A stretch of DNA of 45,135 bases from a virus, in IMG/VR virus record IMGVR_UViG_3300034069_000901, positions 1-45,135 of that record, one strand, 5' to 3'. A model generated the notes under the pieces. The model saw nothing but the letters and a program-made list of their open reading frames with translations. It had not been told where the DNA came from and did not search any database. This document shows positions 8,142 through 17,885 of the stretch, one piece after another; the first letter of the stretch is position 1, and each line of letters begins with the position of its first letter. Both the position numbers and the translations under genes were made by a program.

Positions 8142-11100
8142 ATGGCTGATTTCGACCTTAGCGCCGTCATGCGGTTCGACGGATCGCAGGCCGCCGAAGG
8201 CGCGGGCGAGGTCGCAGAATCGCTCGAAGGAATTGGCAAAGCGCAAACGGACGTGGCCACGTCCAGCAAGGCCGTGGAAACCGCATCCGAGGGCGCGGCG
8301 GAAGGGCTGGAGAATGTCGGGAAAGCTGCAACGAGCGCGGCGGCGGGAAGCAAGAGCCTTTTCGATCGGCAGAACGACATATTCAACGCCATGGGCAAAA
8401 GCGCCAAGGCGGCGACGGAACAGGCGGCGGCCACGGCTGGCGTCGGTAATGCGGCGGAAACAACCGCCGCGGCTATCACAAAAGCGAGCCTCGCATCCGG
8501 CGCACTGGCGGTTGCAGAACAGCGGGCCGAGTTGGCCGCCTCCAATCTGGCCAAGGCTCAAGCCGCGATGGCCGCCGCAGCGAAAGGCAGCGCGGCGGAT
8601 CAGGCTCGCGCAGCGGATCAATTAGCGGCGGCCCAACTCCGTGTCGCATCGGCCGAATTGGGGGTTGAGCGGGCGCTTAAGGCCACGCAACCAACCCTAG
8701 ACGGACACAAAAACAGCCTCGGTGGGTCACGCATCGCGGCGGGCGAGGCCGAGCATTCCATCCGAGCTTTCACGGACAGCATTATCGCCGGACAAAATCC
8801 GATCCGAGCGTTCTCCTTAGAGCTTCCCCGGCTCGCCCAGGCCGCCACCTTTGCGGGGGACGGGTTGGGCAAGGTCGGCACGTTCTTATCTGGCCCGTGG
8901 GGCATCGCGTTTACGATCGGCATATCAGTCGTGGCGGGCCTCGTGTCCGCTTTGCTCGACGGCGAGGACGCGGCCGGCAAGGAGGGTAAGGCTTTCGGCT
9001 CGTTGGTCGACGCCACCAAGAAGCTCGACGATGCGACAGGGCGTCTCACCAAAACCAAGGGCGAGGAAATCGCCTATTCGGTCGCGGCCGAACGCCAAGC
9101 GCTTAAGGAGGCCATCGCCAAACGCGGCCTTCTGGCCACGACGCTAGCCGGCCTCAAGGCGACGGCCCAAACCCCCCAGGGGGGAACCGTACCCGGCGGC
9201 GTCCAGGCCGTCGCGGCGGCTGGCGTAGGCATCACGGAATCTGCCATCGCCGATAACGAAAAGGCGATCGGCGACGCTCGATCAGCGCTCCGGGATGCGG
9301 ATTTCACGACGGTTTTAAGCGGCATCAAAGCGGCCACAGACAAAGTTACGGCCGCCAATCAGGCTTATGAGGCTAGCGAACGCCGACTCCGCAAAGCGTA
9401 TGATGATGGCAAGATCAGTCGAGAGGCCCTCAATCAAGGCCTACTCGAAGCGACCAACAGGCAAAAGGCCGCAACGGCGGCAGCACGAGAAGGGCGGGCC
9501 TCAACGGCCGGGCAGATTGACGACGACGCGCGATTGGCCGCGGCTCATACCGCCGTTGATCGCGCCGAAGCGAAGTTGGCCGAAACCCGAAGGAGCGCCA
9601 AGGCTGACCTCGAGTCCGGAAAAATCACCCAGGCCGAGGCCACCGCCGAAATCACACGCGGCATAGAGGCCGTCAATCAAGCGAAAGCAGCGCAGAAGAA
9701 TGCAACCGCAGCAACACGCGCACAGGCCAAGGCGACACGCGAGGCCGCCGAGGAGGAGAAGCGTCGCGAGGCGACCCTAGAACGCCTTCGTGAACAATTT
9801 GAAAAGACGACAGGCAGCGCGGCCAAATACCAAAAAACGATTTCGGATATTCAAGCCCTGTTCGCCGCCGGCAAAATCGGCATCGGGGAGGAGGTCGAAC
9901 TCGGCTATGCCGCGAGCCAAGCAAATCGCAAGGAACAGGCTCAATCCGCATCCGAAACCGCGACGACCGTATTCGATCAAGGCGTGTCGGGCAGCTTCAA
10001 GGAGGAGGTTGCCGACGTCCTGAAACAGGCCGACGCGTCGTTTCATTCCGGGATCGTCAACGGCTCCAAAGACGGTGCGGATCAGCTCCGCCAAGGCATA
10101 ACCGACGCGTTCAAGACGGTCGGAAGCGATATCGGCTCTTTATTCAGTGGAAAAACAGGATCAGCGGTAAGTGCCGGGATCGGCTCGCTTTCTGGCCTGT
10201 TCGGTCAGGACCCGGCACAGCAAAAGCGCGATGCCGATTTCGGCGACGCCGTTTCGAAAATCTCGAAAGGCATCGGGATCAGCGACGACGCGGCGACGAG
10301 CATCGGCAAGAATGCGGGCAAGGCGTTCGGCGGCGCGGCGGCGGGCGAGGCGGCTAATCAGATATTCGAGCCGATCGCCAAGTCGATCGGGCTTAAGACG
10401 AGCAAGACGGGCGCCGAGATAGGTGGCGCGGCCGGCGCGCTGTCCGGCATTCCGGGCGGCCAGGAAATCGGCGCCATCGTAGGAAGCATCATCGGCGGCT
10501 TGTTCAAGACGACCAAGAAGGGAAGCGTCACGCTCGGCAACGTGGACGGCTCGGCCGCCATCACGTCGACGTCGGGCAACTCGGCGTCCCGCATCGCCGC
10601 TGCCACCACGACGGGCGGCGCGGTAAACGACGCGCTTGACACGATCCTTCAACAGGTCGGCGGGACGCTCGGCAATTTCGCCGTTTCGATCGGCATGCGC
10701 GACAAGAAATATGTCGTGGACAGCTCGGGCACGGGGCGGACCAAGGGCGGCACCACGACCAAGTATGGAAGCGCGGAGGAGGCGGAGGCCGCCGCGCTGG
10801 CCGATGCGATCCGGGACGGCGCGGTGCAAGGCGTGTCGGCCGCTGTGCAAGCCGCGCTCCAGCAGAACGCCAGCGATCCGAATAAGGCGGTTTCCGAGGC
10901 GCTCAAGGTCAAGGCCGTCGAGGTTGCGATTGGCGGGATAGGCGCTCAACTCAAGGCCACGTTCGACACGTTCGACACACAGGCCGCGGATAGCGTGGCC
11001 ATTGCGAAAAAGTATGGGCTCGACGTCCTGGCCGTGGAGAAGGCCAACGCGGATGCGCGAACCAAGCTCGTGTCGGACACGCTCAAGGCATCGGTCGGGA

Positions 11101-11570
11101 GCCTACAGGATTTCCTTACCAGCTTGTCGAGTGGGGACCTGTTCGAAGGAAGCGCGGCCGACAAGCGGTCCGCCATTCTCGGGCAAATCGCCACGGCCAA
11201 GGGCCAAGCCGACCAAGGCGTTGATGGTGCGGCCGATACCCTGGCCACGCTGTACCAGAACCTCCTATCCACGAGCAAAGATGCTTACGGCACGGCTGGC
11301 GACGCCTATTCCTCGGATCGCGACTTGGCCCAATCCGGCGCGCAATCGGTCATTCAATCCGAAACCGATCGCATCAACACCGCCGCCGGCCTGCAACAGG
11401 CCACCACCGCAGCGGTCAATACGGTGGCCGACAACACAAGCGAGACAAACGACCTATTGGCGCAGATCATGGCACAGCTTAAGCAGAACGGCGCCACTTC
11501 GGCGGTTATCCCAGCCGGTGGGGGAGGCGGTGGTGCATCCCTCACGAGCCGCAACACACAGCTAGTCTAG
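8142..11570 (+). CDS. Tail tape measure protein
   Basis: 1142 aa and Ala/Gly/Lys-rich, with long predicted helices. Hydrophobic Gly-rich segments (GPWGIAFTIGISVVAGLVSALL; GAAGALSGIPGGQEIGAIVGSIIGGL) are present. It lies directly after the frameshifted chaperones. Confidence 0.9.
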   Translation: MADFDLSAVMRFDGSQAAEGAGEVAESLEGIGKAQTDVATSSKAVETASEGAAEGLENVGKAATSAAAGSKSLFDRQNDIFNAMGKSAKAATEQAAATAGVGNAAETTAAAITKASLASGALAVAEQRAELAASNLAKAQAAMAAAAKGSAADQARAADQLAAAQLRVASAELGVERALKATQPTLDGHKNSLGGSRIAAGEAEHSIRAFTDSIIAGQNPIRAFSLELPRLAQAATFAGDGLGKVGTFLSGPWGIAFTIGISVVAGLVSALLDGEDAAGKEGKAFGSLVDATKKLDDATGRLTKTKGEEIAYSVAAERQALKEAIAKRGLLATTLAGLKATAQTPQGGTVPGGVQAVAAAGVGITESAIADNEKAIGDARSALRDADFTTVLSGIKAATDKVTAANQAYEASERRLRKAYDDGKISREALNQGLLEATNRQKAATAAAREGRASTAGQIDDDARLAAAHTAVDRAEAKLAETRRSAKADLESGKITQAEATAEITRGIEAVNQAKAAQKNATAATRAQAKATREAAEEEKRREATLERLREQFEKTTGSAAKYQKTISDIQALFAAGKIGIGEEVELGYAASQANRKEQAQSASETATTVFDQGVSGSFKEEVADVLKQADASFHSGIVNGSKDGADQLRQGITDAFKTVGSDIGSLFSGKTGSAVSAGIGSLSGLFGQDPAQQKRDADFGDAVSKISKGIGISDDAATSIGKNAGKAFGGAAAGEAANQIFEPIAKSIGLKTSKTGAEIGGAAGALSGIPGGQEIGAIVGSIIGGLFKTTKKGSVTLGNVDGSAAITSTSGNSASRIAAATTTGGAVNDALDTILQQVGGTLGNFAVSIGMRDKKYVVDSSGTGRTKGGTTTKYGSAEEAEAAALADAIRDGAVQGVSAAVQAALQQNASDPNKAVSEALKVKAVEVAIGGIGAQLKATFDTFDTQAADSVAIAKKYGLDVLAVEKANADARTKLVSDTLKASVGSLQDFLTSLSSGDLFEGSAADKRSAILGQIATAKGQADQGVDGAADTLATLYQNLLSTSKDAYGTAGDAYSSDRDLAQSGAQSVIQSETDRINTAAGLQQATTAAVNTVADNTSETNDLLAQIMAQLKQNGATSAVIPAGGGGGGASLTSRNTQLV

Positions 11571-11582
11571 GAAGAAGAAGGC

Positions 11583-13307
11583 ATGGCCAGCACAACGCTT
11601 GTTGAGGCCGGGCCGCAGACGAGCCAAGGCCAAGCCGTCGCGGTGCGGCTCGCCGGGGGCGGGGCCAAGGCCTACACCCATAAGGGCTTCAACGATTGGC
11701 GAGCCGGGATCAGCGTTCGCGCCCGGTTCTCCGCCGGAGCCGGATGGAACGATAGCGGTCCGAACGGCGCCGCCGTCCCGCAAACCGCCGATATCGTTTG
11801 GTATCCGAGCGACCGATCCAACCTGTCGCAGCTCGCGAACCTGTATTGGAAGGGCGCCCTGATCGTCGTGTCGGCTGGCGACGACGAGTTGCCCAACCCG
11901 GTTTGGTCCATTCGCATGGTCGGCACTGTGGCCGACGTCAAGACGGATGGGGGCCGGCTTACCCTCACGATCGGCGATCTCACGACCGCGCTCAACAAGA
12001 CGCTTCTCCCCAACACCTTCGCCGGTACGGGCGACTTGGAAGGCGGGAGCGATGCGGTCGGCAGGGTCAAGCGACGGACATGGGGAACCGTGTTCAATGT
12101 CGAAGGCTTCCTCCTCGACGCGGCGAACAATGTCTATGAATTCGGCGACCCGGCGCAACCCATCAACGCGTTCGTCCTCGTCAAGGACAAGGGGTATCCG
12201 GCCGGCTCGACGAACACGATCGGGTGGCAGGGTGACGCGCTATCGACCCTCAACGCGCTCCGGGCCGCCTCCGTCCCGTCCGGCGGCGCCGTCGTCGCGC
12301 CGTCAATCTGTTGCGTGAAATGGTGGACCCAACCATCCGGCCCGTTGACCGCCGACCTTCAAGGCGAGGTCGGGACAGGGTTCGTGACGACGATGGCCGA
12401 GATTACGGCCCGGCTTCTCACGATCTATGCGCCGACCGCGCAAATGGGGAACATGGGCGACGCGCTGTCCTGGCGTTCGGCCACGGTCGGGGTCCATGTC
12501 GACGACACGAATGAGACGATCGCAAACGTCTTGGATCGTCTGATTATCCCCATGACTTGCATGTGGGCCTTTACCCCGACCGGGCTCTTGTTCATCCGGC
12601 AAATGGCGTGGACCGGCTCGGTTGAGGCGCTCCAAGCCGACACGGTCGCGCGCGACGCGACGTTTCAGCCGCTCCTCACGCGCAAACTCGGGTTTCAACG
12701 CAATTACCGGATACACTCGGCCGGCGAAGTCTCGGCCGCAATCGTGTCAACCGATGTAACCTATGCCGATGGTACGGCGATCGATGTGTTAAAGCCCGCG
12801 CAGGCCGGAGCGGATCGCACAAGCTTGAACAACGCGGCGAGTTTTCAAGGACAAGGCCGCTTCGCCACCGTCAATAGCGCGTCATATGGATCAAGCTTAT
12901 TGACCGGATTTGGCGCGCTCGCGCCCCTTGACTCTGCGTCATACGGATCGGAGTTTCTCAAAGGTTTCGGAGCGTTGGCCCCCCTGGGAAGCATCGCTTT
13001 TGGCCAACAGTACATTTTGTCTCAAACGGGTTTTACGGCAACCGATGCCGCGTACCAGACCGCGCAAGGAAACGCGGCCAGTTTCCAGGGGCAGGGAGGG
13101 CTCGCCACTCGCAACAGCGTAAGCACGGGGCAAATTGACCCCGCTTCGGCGAGCGATATGATTATCATGTCGAATACCAATACGTTTACCGGATCGGGCG
13201 ACGGCAATACCGGATCGGCGACCGGGGGCTCGGGCGGTTCCGTGTCTTCCGGGGGCTCGGGCGGTTCCGGCGGCGGGGGCCACTCCTCCGGTAGCGCCCA
13301 ACCCTGA
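11583..13307 (+). CDS. Tail tip / fibre protein with C-terminal repeats and a Gly-rich tail
   Basis: 574 aa and first gene after the tape measure. The C-terminal third has tandem 19-aa units (SASYGSSLLTGFGALAPLD / SASYGSEFLKGFGALAPLG). It has duplicated NAASFQGQG units and ends in GGSGGSVSSGGSGGSGGGG. Confidence 0.75.
   Translation: MASTTLVEAGPQTSQGQAVAVRLAGGGAKAYTHKGFNDWRAGISVRARFSAGAGWNDSGPNGAAVPQTADIVWYPSDRSNLSQLANLYWKGALIVVSAGDDELPNPVWSIRMVGTVADVKTDGGRLTLTIGDLTTALNKTLLPNTFAGTGDLEGGSDAVGRVKRRTWGTVFNVEGFLLDAANNVYEFGDPAQPINAFVLVKDKGYPAGSTNTIGWQGDALSTLNALRAASVPSGGAVVAPSICCVKWWTQPSGPLTADLQGEVGTGFVTTMAEITARLLTIYAPTAQMGNMGDALSWRSATVGVHVDDTNETIANVLDRLIIPMTCMWAFTPTGLLFIRQMAWTGSVEALQADTVARDATFQPLLTRKLGFQRNYRIHSAGEVSAAIVSTDVTYADGTAIDVLKPAQAGADRTSLNNAASFQGQGRFATVNSASYGSSLLTGFGALAPLDSASYGSEFLKGFGALAPLGSIAFGQQYILSQTGFTATDAAYQTAQGNAASFQGQGGLATRNSVSTGQIDPASASDMIIMSNTNTFTGSGDGNTGSATGGSGGSVSSGGSGGSGGGGHSSGSAQP
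12831..13125 (+). repeat. Intragenic repeats in the tail fibre gene
   Basis: About 50-nt units start at 12831 and 13071 (aacgcggcgagttttcaaggacaaggc / aacgcggccagtttccaggggcaggga). 57-nt units start at 12879 and 12936. An exact 18-mer, gggggctcgggcggttcc, occurs at 13224 and 13251. Confidence 0.8.
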
Positions 13308-13318
13308 CGAGGCATCCC

Positions 13319-13627
13319 ATGGCCATAGAAACTGTGTTCGATTTCAATATCAACCTCACGCAAAACGCCGACATTTCGATCGAATACCAAGGCATTCACG
13401 GCTATTACGGATTTAGCGGAAGCGAGCCATGGGGAATGTCCTGCTACCTTGATGGCCAGCAGATCAAACAAATTGGCGGTTCGGCGGGATACACGGAAAC
13501 GCCGATCATCATCGGCGGCAGAAAGAATATCGGCGCTGGATCGCGAAACATTAAAGTAACTTGGTTCGGATCAAGCAAGATGACGCTGTCGCAATCGGAT
13601 ATCGTGGTGGGTATTCGCTACCGCTAG
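13319..13627 (+). CDS. Hypothetical small beta-rich tail-module protein
   Basis: ATG at 13319; 102 aa. By eye the GC content is lower than in the flanks. It sits after the fibre gene. No recognisable motif. Confidence 0.6.
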   Translation: MAIETVFDFNINLTQNADISIEYQGIHGYYGFSGSEPWGMSCYLDGQQIKQIGGSAGYTETPIIIGGRKNIGAGSRNIKVTWFGSSKMTLSQSDIVVGIRYR

Positions 13628-13648
13628 GCGAAAGGCGCGCGTCGCGAT

Positions 13649-14080
13649 ATGGGGACGTTCCTATTTGGAGCGCATGGCATGCAGACGTTCGCCAATCACA
13701 CAGACGCCCGCAACGCCATTTTCGATTTTCCCGTGCCTAGCCTTCCGGTGGACATGGTCGATACGTTCCGCGCATTGCGAGGTTCACCGTCGACCGTGGA
13801 CCAAATCGTCGGCCTAGGCGAATTCCTATATGCCCGTCGCGCCGAAGTATCCGACGCGGCCAAGGAACTGGCCGGCGGCCTGATCGCTTATGCGACCATA
13901 CACGCGTGGCACGGTTTGGCGGATAACGACCGAGGCGACGGCATCGTCAAAGCTATGCGTCGCGATATTGGGGATGCGGCTCCGGCCGGGACGTCCTGGC
14001 CCGACAAGGATGCCGACCCCGCGCCATTGCGCGAGTACCTTCCGACCGAGCCGGACTCCACCAAGCCCGTGCCCGCCTAA
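13649..14080 (+). CDS. Hypothetical tail-module protein
   Basis: 143-aa ORF. An alternative ATG lies 30 nt downstream. No motif recognised. Confidence 0.5.
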   Translation: MGTFLFGAHGMQTFANHTDARNAIFDFPVPSLPVDMVDTFRALRGSPSTVDQIVGLGEFLYARRAEVSDAAKELAGGLIAYATIHAWHGLADNDRGDGIVKAMRRDIGDAAPAGTSWPDKDADPAPLREYLPTEPDSTKPVPA

Positions 14081-14083
14081 GCC

Positions 14084-14446
14084 GTGACCTCCGTACCCGC
14101 CGGATATGGGGCTTATCTCCAAGCCGATGGCCGTTACACGACGGCGGCCATATCTGGCGCCTCGGCCGCATGGGGCGACAAGGCGCTCGCCAGCTCCATC
14201 ATGTCGCCGATTGCGTACAAGGCCGATGCCGACACGGAGGTCGCTCGGCAGGCGCAATTCCTGGCTGGCCCGTTGGTCCGAGATATTACGCTTGTACCGG
14301 GCCAGCGAAGCGACCTCCTGTTTCAGGTCGTGACGATCTATGCGGATCGGCTCGGCTATGAAGGTGGCGCAGTCGTGTTCGTGATCGGCGTGGCCGAACA
14401 AACGAACGGCACCCTGCTAACCGTCTTGAAGCGGGCCTACACATGA
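14084..14446 (+). CDS. Hypothetical tail-module protein
   Basis: GTG at 14084; 120 aa. It is coupled by an ATGA overlap to the next gene. Confidence 0.5.
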   Translation: MTSVPAGYGAYLQADGRYTTAAISGASAAWGDKALASSIMSPIAYKADADTEVARQAQFLAGPLVRDITLVPGQRSDLLFQVVTIYADRLGYEGGAVVFVIGVAEQTNGTLLTVLKRAYT

Positions 14447-15201
14447 GCGTCATTTCGATCATGCCTCCGAAGGGAATAGTCGACGCTTTCGGAAAGGGTT
14501 TCTCAAATCCAACTCGCGTGATGACTCCCAACCCCAAAGAGGCAACTGTCGTCACCACTACGGACTCAACTAATTATCTCAACGTAGATCTTGGTTCTAT
14601 GCAGTCAATTGACACAGTTTTTGTTGGATATACAAATGATACGTCCAGCGGTGGACTAATCATTGCCGGTATTGCCGATGATGCCAAGACGCAAGTATTC
14701 AGCCAATATGTTCCGGCCGCACAAAGCGACATGTCCGGTATTGTTCCGCAGCATTTCCTGCTTGTCCTGCCAGCACCGCAAACCGTGCGCTTCATTTCGA
14801 TTTCGTCACCCGGTACGCTGCCGATCAATTACGCTATTGGTGTCGTGCGCGCCGGTCTGTCGTTCCGGCCGACGTGGGGGCCGCAATGGGGCGCGGGCCG
14901 GCCTTTCGAGGATACCTCGTCGGTTGACCGCCTCATGGGCGGGGGCTTCGGAATCGACGACGGTGTCGTTGTGCCAGGATATTCGTGGACCTTTGGCGAC
15001 CTTCAAGACGAGGAGCGTCGGCAGCTCTACACCATGGCGCGTTTGTTGGGTCAGTCCAAAAGCGTTTTGGTCGTCGAGGACCCCGACCCGACACCAGCTC
15101 TAAACGAAAGAATTCATTGGGGCTTGTTCAAGCTCGACACCTATGAGCGGACCGACCCCAAGAACACCAAATGGGCGTTCATTGTGCGCGATTGGCTATA
15201 G
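14443..15201 (+). CDS. Tail-associated protein with a discoidin/galactose-binding-like N-terminal segment; candidate receptor-binding protein
   Basis: 252 aa. YLNVDLGSMQSIDTVFVGYTN resembles the F5/8 type C (discoidin) signature. The DNA is visibly AT-richer than the neighbouring genes. Confidence 0.6.
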   Translation: MSVISIMPPKGIVDAFGKGFSNPTRVMTPNPKEATVVTTTDSTNYLNVDLGSMQSIDTVFVGYTNDTSSGGLIIAGIADDAKTQVFSQYVPAAQSDMSGIVPQHFLLVLPAPQTVRFISISSPGTLPINYAIGVVRAGLSFRPTWGPQWGAGRPFEDTSSVDRLMGGGFGIDDGVVVPGYSWTFGDLQDEERRQLYTMARLLGQSKSVLVVEDPDPTPALNERIHWGLFKLDTYERTDPKNTKWAFIVRDWL

Positions 15202-15209
15202 GAGGCCTC

Positions 15210-15776
15210 ATGTCACAGAACCCGGCCACCACCGTTACCGCCATCGCGTCCAGCATGTCGCCGTTTCCCCCAAGCTTCGGCAACAATCCGTGGGCCTTCG
15301 GGTCGGCCTTCATGGCCGTCCTGTCGATCAGCGTATTCGCCGCGGTCGTTCTAGGATGGATGGTGCGCGATATCTGGCATTTCCGGTTCATCGACCATCC
15401 CAGGAGTCTGGCTTTTCTGTTCCGGGTCATGGCCGCGCTGTGCGCCACCGCGGCGTTCATTCGGTGCAGCCCCGAAGTTGTCTATATGAGTTGTTTCGGG
15501 GACCCGAATGTCAGCAATGAGTTTGTGGGCCGCGTCCTCATGGTCAAGCGTCTGTTCGATACGATTACGCTTCCCGTCGTCGCGGGATGGATGCTTATTC
15601 TTGTGGCCATCTATCCTTTCGTCATCCCGGCGCTTCGCAATCGACGCGAGCATACAATCGAGATTGATTTTGTCTCGGTATGGCCTCGCATCGCCCGCCC
15701 AGCCCTGATATTTGTCCTCGTCGTGTTGATTGCGTCCCTCATGGCGGTCGCGAAAGGGGCAGGAATAGGGCAATGA
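15210..15776 (+). CDS. Membrane protein (about 4 TM), first gene of the lysis cassette; possible holin or antiholin
   Basis: ATG at 15210 lies 4 nt after AGGAGG (15200-15205), in frame with track ORF 15171..15776. Hydrophobic runs include AFGSAFMAVLSISVFAAVVLGWMV and LPVVAGWMLILVAIYPFVIPAL. Confidence 0.6.
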   Translation: MSQNPATTVTAIASSMSPFPPSFGNNPWAFGSAFMAVLSISVFAAVVLGWMVRDIWHFRFIDHPRSLAFLFRVMAALCATAAFIRCSPEVVYMSCFGDPNVSNEFVGRVLMVKRLFDTITLPVVAGWMLILVAIYPFVIPALRNRREHTIEIDFVSVWPRIARPALIFVLVVLIASLMAVAKGAGIGQ

Positions 15777-16138
15777 ATCCGAATAGCGCGGCGGCTCGAA
15801 TTGCAGGCGTTGCCGCGCCAGGCGTTGCCAGCGTTGCGGGAATGTCCATCCCGATCGCCCCCGCTGTGATCGCCGTTGCCACCGTCGTTCTTGTCCGCGC
15901 CCCACTCCTTAAGTTTCGGACCGCGGAAATAAGCCTCACCCTTCTCGCCGCACTCGGCGCGTTCGTAACGGTCGTGGATCACGACATGGCCGCGGGCTCG
16001 GCCTTTTGGATCGGCGTTGGTTTCGGGGGCATGGGATCAGGCCTGATCGAAGCGGGCAAGTCGTCCATGGCCGCCACGATCAAGGACCGCGCCGCGAAGG
16101 CACTCGGCATTTTTCTCAACACGCCCGGACCCAAATAA
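15773..16138 (+). CDS. Small membrane protein (about 3 TM), holin-like
   Basis: ATGA overlap with the previous stop. 121 aa. The product begins MNPNSAAARIAGVAAPGVASVAG... and carries Gly/Ala-rich TM segments. It lies directly upstream of the endolysin. Confidence 0.6.
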   Translation: MNPNSAAARIAGVAAPGVASVAGMSIPIAPAVIAVATVVLVRAPLLKFRTAEISLTLLAALGAFVTVVDHDMAAGSAFWIGVGFGGMGSGLIEAGKSSMAATIKDRAAKALGIFLNTPGPK

Positions 16139-16147
16139 GGAGCTGCT

Positions 16148-16777
16148 ATGCCGACCCCCGCCGCCCTGATCGCCTACAGCCGGACCCCGATAGTCACGGT
16201 CGACGCCTTCGAGCGCCATTTCCTTGAGACGTTTGAAACGGGCGTCTGTTCGATGGACACGGCCGATACCGGCAATTGGTATCGCGGCATCCTGTGCGGA
16301 TCGAAATGGGGCGTCACGGCCGGCGCGCTGGCGACGTATCGACCGAACGCTGTCATCACGCCGCAAAGCATCGCCGCGCTATCGGAGGCCGAGGCGCTAC
16401 AGGTCGCCCGGTCCCTGTATTACGATCAGCCCGACCTTGACCTGTGCGTCTGGAATCCGGTCACGGCGTCATGGCACGATATGCTGTGGGGCGCGGGCGT
16501 CGTGATGGGCACCAAGCTCATGCAGCGGCAAATCGGTGTGGCGGACGATGGCGACGTCGGATCGCTCACCGCGTCGGCCTATCTCGATTGGCTCGCCAAC
16601 ATCGGCCTTGAGGAAGCGGCGCGGCGCTTCGCCGCGGCCCGCAACGCCTATTACGATCAGATCATCGCGATCCGGCCGAGCAACGCCAAGTACCGCAACG
16701 GCTGGCGTCGACGCACCGCCGGTTATATGCCGGGAACCGCTTGGTGGGCCTCGTGGCGCTTGCCGAAAGAGCTATAG
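16148..16777 (+). CDS. Endolysin, GH108-like muramidase with a peptidoglycan-binding (PG_binding_3-like) C-terminal domain
   Basis: AAGGAG lies upstream. ETFETGVCSMDTADTGNWYRGILCGSKWGVT fits the E-x-G...D-x-x-D-x-G...G pattern of GH108. The C-terminal part (VADDGDVGSLTASAYLDW...ARNAYYDQII) resembles the associated PG-binding domain. Confidence 0.7.
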   Translation: MPTPAALIAYSRTPIVTVDAFERHFLETFETGVCSMDTADTGNWYRGILCGSKWGVTAGALATYRPNAVITPQSIAALSEAEALQVARSLYYDQPDLDLCVWNPVTASWHDMLWGAGVVMGTKLMQRQIGVADDGDVGSLTASAYLDWLANIGLEEAARRFAAARNAYYDQIIAIRPSNAKYRNGWRRRTAGYMPGTAWWASWRLPKEL

Positions 16778-16788
16778 GAGAAGCTGGT

Positions 16789-17238
16789 ATGGCCGATACA
16801 CCCGATCCCGAACCCAATTCCATCGGAGTTCGCGAAGGCAAGTTTAGCGTCGACGGTTCTGTTGCCGGCATCAACGCCGCTGTCGGTAAGGTTCTCGCGC
16901 CTGCCGATGCGACGTTGCCGGCAAACGTCGTCGTTCCCCTGTCCCCCCTGTCGCTCCAGCTCCAGGCGCAAGTTCGTATCGTGGTGGCGGCCCTGGCCGG
17001 CGGGATCGTGACGGCGGCGGCCAGCCGCTTGAAGCTGCCCGTTCTCACCACGCTATGGGGCGTCCAGGGCGAACAGGTCGTGGGCGCGGTCACGGGCGTC
17101 GTCATGCTCGCCGGCATGTCCGCATGGTCGTGGGCCAAGAACAAATGGATGCACCGCGACTTGGCGTCGATCGCGGCCGACCCCCGTGTTCCCAACGAGG
17201 TCGCCCGCCTCGCTAGATCGGTCACGTCGACGCTTTAG
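16789..17238 (+). CDS. Membrane protein, last gene of the lysis cassette; role unknown
   Basis: ATG at 16789 after AGGAG, in frame with track ORF 16741..17238. TM-like runs include RIVVAALAGGIVTAAA and VVGAVTGVVMLAGMSAW. Confidence 0.55.
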   Translation: MADTPDPEPNSIGVREGKFSVDGSVAGINAAVGKVLAPADATLPANVVVPLSPLSLQLQAQVRIVVAALAGGIVTAAASRLKLPVLTTLWGVQGEQVVGAVTGVVMLAGMSAWSWAKNKWMHRDLASIAADPRVPNEVARLARSVTSTL

Positions 17239-17599
17239 ACCGCTTCTTGTTGCGGCCCTTGCGGTCGATATACAGATACCCCGTCGCGAACAGCTTCTCG
17301 GCATAATCGGTCGCGACGGGGCGATTGTCGGCAATATCCTCGTCGAGAAAGCCGCGAACGATTTGGGTCAACTCGCGCATAGACGGACCGGCCACAGGAT
17401 GGGCCGGCGTGTTGCCGCCGCCCCGACCCGCGATCCACGCCAAGAGGTAAGGCATGACGACCTTGCCCCGCGCCGCCATCCGATTCCCAAAAGCGAGCTT
17501 ATGCTCCGGCCCGCAGAACCGGCCCGAGCGCCGCGTTTCGAAGCTCGCCCCGCATTCCGCGCAAACGGCCCGCACAGCGTCTTTCTTAGCACGAGGCAT
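17222..17599 (-). CDS. Hypothetical protein with an N-terminal zinc-ribbon-like motif; last gene of the leftward operon
   Basis: Internal ATG at 17599 of track ORF 17222..17776. The product begins MPRAKKDAVRAVCAECGASFETRRSGRFCGPEHK. 125 aa. Confidence 0.6.
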   Translation of the reverse strand: MPRAKKDAVRAVCAECGASFETRRSGRFCGPEHKLAFGNRMAARGKVVMPYLLAWIAGRGGGNTPAHPVAGPSMRELTQIVRGFLDEDIADNRPVATDYAEKLFATGYLYIDRKGRNKKRSKAST

Positions 17600-17663
17600 A
17601 CCGACTAGCTCCCACCCGCGTCTTGCGCTTCCGAGTAACTCGGTTTGCGTACCGACGCAATGG

Positions 17664-17885
17664 CTATGCAATGCGAGTGCGGTCCGGCTCGTCGGGCCAC
17701 ATGAGGCGGATAGCGGGATCAAGGCTGGCCTCGGCCCGGCTGTGCAAGCCGCGATACACGGCCATGGCGACCTCAACCGCGAGCATGCGATTGGACAGGT
17801 TGTCGCCTTTGGTGACGAGCTGGCCGGAGCGGTCCAATATCATCCAGGCCCAATCGCCCAAGGCGTCTTGCCCGAGGACGATCAC
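17664..17885 (-). CDS. DUF1508 (YegP)-like single-domain protein, copy 2
   Basis: GTG at 17885 overlaps the upstream stop as GTGA. It encodes VIVLGQDALGDWAWMILDRSGQLVTKGDNLSNRMLAVEVAMAVYRG. Only the 3' end of the 288-aa track ORF 17664..18530 looks protein-like. Confidence 0.5.
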   Translation of the reverse strand: MIVLGQDALGDWAWMILDRSGQLVTKGDNLSNRMLAVEVAMAVYRGLHSRAEASLDPAIRLMWPDEPDRTRIA

